From the NCBI RefSeq assembly GCF_009914755.1, contig NC_060948.1: a stretch of 64,000 nucleotides of DNA. The stretch is one strand, 5' to 3'. A program made the translations under genes and the position numbers. Source of the stretch: the human T2T-CHM13v2.0 reference genome, Homo sapiens. A model generated the notes under the pieces. It worked only from the letters and a program-made list of their open reading frames with translations. It did not search any database and was not told where the DNA came from. This document shows, piece by piece, positions 58,738 to 64,000 of the stretch. Position 1 is the stretch's first letter, and each line of letters begins with the position of its first letter.

Positions 58738-59301
58738 AGATCCATATTTTTTAAATGAAAAAAAATTTCAAAGGTACTCTGCTTGGTACAATAATCAAAT
58801 GTATAAACTGAGGAATAAAACATAACCATGAAACCTACTTATAACTGCATATGGAAAATACAGAGGATAATTTTTTAAATAACATATTTTGAAAGCCTTA
58901 ACTAGTAATTTGAAGAGTTGGCATTTGAAAGGCCAGTATGAATATACCTTCAAAGCAGCAACACAGGTTCCCCATGAGAAAAAGCAAACACAGGGAAAAT
59001 AAAAACACAAAGGTTCAATCTCTTCTGACCTTTGAAAGACACAGCACAGACAGTGGTCCTTAGGACGAAGAGCAGGAGACCCCTAATTCCGTCACCATGG
59101 CGATAGGGCATAAACATTGCTGGGTGAGGGCACAATCCACATTGTGAGGTCCAACTGCTGCCAGGAAGACAGGAGTGCTTTTACATAGACCGAAAGGTCA
59201 TTGAAGGCTCAGAGTTTTGTTTCAAGAACTGAATCCCAAGCCCACACGTTATTAGGCTGCGCTTCTTAAAACAAGTTATGAGATGGGAAAAAGGGCACCC
59301 A
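58738..59301. repeat. HSATI segment, copy 25
   Basis: Same as copy 1. Confidence 0.8.
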
Positions 59302-60837
59302 CAAACATACGTATACATTATGTATATAATAATATACAGTATCATATATATAATATATATAACCTATGTATAATATTGTTTTACATCCTGCATCTTATGT
59401 TATATATATTGTATAAAATATAATAATTGATAATATATAAGTTTTATAATTATACAATATGACATAGAGTATATATTATAATTTATGACATATATAATAT
59501 ATGTTATATATCATATATAGAATATATTATACGGTTAATATACGTATTAAATATAAATTATACATTATATATATTATATATAATATATCTGTTATATATA
59601 ATACCCATTATGCATAATATATATATTATGTCTATGTTATATATAGTATAAAACAACATATAATAATATATAATTGTATATATAAAATGCGACATATAAT
59701 ATATATTATATTTTATAACATATGTAATATATATTATGTATAATACGTTGTATGTATAATACCTATATTAAATATATATTATATGACTATGTTATTAATT
59801 ACATGTCACATGTGTTATATATTATATATTTTACATAGAATATACCGGTTACATACAATATATACTATGTTACCTATAATGTATAATTTATTACATGTAA
59901 AATAAAGAATGCAATATATTATGTATAATTTATAATATACAATATGTGGAATGTGATATATGTAACATATAATATATGATATATGATATACAGTATATGA
60001 TATATAACATACAATATATGATTCCTAATATATATGGTATACAATATATATTTTATGATATGTATTCTATATGTTTTATATTCTGTTATATATAACTATT
60101 TGAAATTATATATAACTGTATAATATTTTATGTAAATATGTAATATAATATATATAACTATATAATATATTATATATAACTATATATTATGTTATATATA
60201 CTTTTATAACATAATTTACATAAAATATCATAATATAATATATATTATAATATTTCATATTACATAATATATATTACATATCACCCAATATAACTAACAT
60301 ACATAATATTATAATATAGATTATATTATGTTATATTAAATATCATATATATCATGTATCATATATTCTATAATATATATTACACATTATATAATATGTA
60401 TGTTGTCTATTATGTGATATATATAACTATATATATAATTATATTTTTATACATATAACTGGATAAACATGTAATTCTACATATTTTCATTTATAATATG
60501 TAGAATTATATAATCATATATAATTATTTATATTCTATAAAAAATTTTATCATTATATAAATTATAATATATAAAAATTATAATATGTACTACAAATATA
60601 TATATATTATATATCATATATGATATAGTACCTTTGTTATATATCATAATACATATAAATGTGTATTATGTTATCTATAATTATATAATTTCATATATAA
60701 GATGTATAATATGTATCATATATTATATATGTTATGTAATATATATAGTATATATAAGATGACACAGGATAAATATTATATACTATGACATATAAAATAT
60801 ATGAGGTTATATGTTACATATAAGGCATAGCACATAA

Positions 60838-61152
<315 letters not shown>

Positions 61153-61716
61153 AGATCCATATTTTTTAAATGAAAAAAAATTTCAAAGGTACTCTGCTTG
61201 GTACAATAATCAAATGTATAAACTGAGGAATAAAACATAACCATGAAACCTACTTATAACTGCATATGGAAAATACAGAGGATAATTTTTTAAATAACAT
61301 ATTTTGAAAGCCTTAACTAGTAATTTGAAGAGTTGGCATTTGAAAGGCCAGTATGAATATACCTTCAAAGCAGCAACACAGGTTCCCCATGAGAAAAAGC
61401 AAACACAGGGAAAATAAAAACACAAAGGTTCAATCTCTTCTGACCTTTGAAAGACACAGCACAGACAGTGGTCCTTAGGACGAAGAGCAGGAGACCCCTA
61501 ATTCCGTCACCATGGCGATAGGGCATAAACATTGCTGGGTGAGGGCACAATCCACATTGTGAGGTCCAACTGCTGCCAGGAAGACAGGAGTGCTTTTACA
61601 TAGACCGAAAGGTCATTGAAGGCTCAGAGTTTTGTTTCAAGAACTGAATCCCAAGCCCACACGTTATTAGGCTGCGCTTCTTAAAACAAGTTATGAGATG
61701 GGAAAAAGGGCACCCA
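61153..61716. repeat. HSATI segment, copy 26
   Basis: Same as copy 1. Confidence 0.8.
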
Positions 61717-63252
61717 CAAACATACGTATACATTATGTATATAATAATATACAGTATCATATATATAATATATATAACCTATGTATAATATTGTTTTACA
61801 TCCTGCATCTTATGTTATATATATTGTATAAAATATAATAATTGATAATATATAAGTTTTATAATTATACAATATGACATAGAGTATATATTATAATTTA
61901 TGACATATATAATATATGTTATATATCATATATAGAATATATTATACGGTTAATATACGTATTAAATATAAATTATACATTATATATATTATATATAATA
62001 TATCTGTTATATATAATACCCATTATGCATAATATATATATTATGTCTATGTTATATATAGTATAAAACAACATATAATAATATATAATTGTATATATAA
62101 AATGCGACATATAATATATATTATATTTTATAACATATGTAATATATATTATGTATAATACGTTGTATGTATAATACCTATATTAAATATATATTATATG
62201 ACTATGTTATTAATTACATGTCACATGTGTTATATATTATATATTTTACATAGAATATACCAGTTACATACAATATATACTATGTTACCTATAATGTATA
62301 ATTTATTACATGTAAAATAAAGAATGCAATATATTATGTATAATTTATAATATACAATATGTGGAATGTGATATATGTAACATATAATATATGATATATG
62401 ATATACAGTATATGATATATAACATACAATATATGATTCCTAATATATATGGTATACAATATATATTTTATGATATGTATTCTATATGTTTTATATTCTG
62501 TTATATATAACTATTTGAAATTATATATAACTGTATAATATTTTATGTAAATATGTAATATAATATATATAACTATATAATATATTATATATAACTATAT
62601 ATTATGTTATATATACTTTTATAACATAATTTACATAAAATATCATAATATAATATATATTATAATATTTCATATTACATAATATATATTACATATCACC
62701 CAATATAACTAACATACATAATATTATAATATAGATTATATTATGTTATATTAAATATCATATATATCATGTATCATATATTCTATAATATATATTACAC
62801 ATTATATAATATGTATGTTGTCTATTATGTGATATATATAACTATATATATAATTATATTTTTATACATATAACTGGATAAACATGTAATTCTACATATT
62901 TTCATTTATAATATGTAGAATTATATAATCATATATAATTATTTATATTCTATAAAAAATTTTATCATTATATAAATTATAATATATAAAAATTATAATA
63001 TGTACTACAAATATATATATATTATATATCATATATGATATAGTACCTTTGTTATATATCATAATACATATAAATGTGTATTATGTTATCTATAATTATA
63101 TAATTTCATATATAAGATGTATAATATGTATCATATATTATATATGTTATGTAATATATATAGTATATATAAGATGACACAGGATAAATATTATATACTA
63201 TGACATATAAAATATATGAGGTTATATGTTACATATAAGGCATAGCACATAA

Positions 63253-63567
<315 letters not shown>

Positions 63568-64000
63568 AGATCCATATTTTTTAAATGAAAAAAAATTTCA
63601 AAGGTACTCTGCTTGGTACAATAATCAAATGTATAAACTGAGGAATAAAACATAACCATGAAACCTACTTATAACTGCATATGGAAAATACAGAGGATAA
63701 TTTTTTAAATAACATATTTTGAAAGCCTTAACTAGTAATTTGAAGAGTTGGCATTTGAAAGGCCAGTATGAATATACCTTCAAAGCAGCAACACAGGTTC
63801 CCCATGAGAAAAAGCAAACACAGGGAAAATAAAAACACAAAGGTTCAATCTCTTCTGACCTTTGAAAGACACAGCACAGACAGTGGTCCTTAGGACGAAG
63901 AGCAGGAGACCCCTAATTCCGTCACCATGGCGATAGGGCATAAACATTGCTGGGTGAGGGCACAATCCACATTGTGAGGTCCAACTGCTGCCAGGAAGAC
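63568..64000. repeat. HSATI segment, copy 27 (cut by window edge)
   Basis: Same as copy 1, truncated at window end. Confidence 0.8.

Overview
The whole 64-kb window is one uninterrupted, single-orientation tandem array of a ~2.42-kb composite unit (about 26.5 copies; unit lengths 2412-2422 bp, mean ~2416.5 bp from the spacing of the repeated ORF-track hits). Each unit has three parts: a ~1.56-kb degenerate AT-rich simple-sequence block, one decayed antisense Alu (~290 bp, with a fixed internal 16-bp duplication), and a ~560-bp higher-complexity segment (HSATI-type). This is the architecture of the human DYZ2 / HSat1B satellite, whose large homogeneous arrays lie in Yq12 heterochromatin. The HaeIII map independently predicts a 2146-bp fragment, matching the classic male-specific 2.1-kb HaeIII band. 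The chromosome assignment is an inference, since smaller HSat1B arrays also occur on acrocentric short arms. There are no credible genes: the two repeated short ORFs are chance frames. I find no evidence for a previously undescribed biological system. The most informative signal is the variant pattern among units, which records nested duplications: single-unit, 2-unit (~4.83 kb), a 10-unit sweep, and a 29,004-bp (12-unit) register. Units are numbered by their Alu/HSATI copy, and variants were read by eye and need alignment confirmation.
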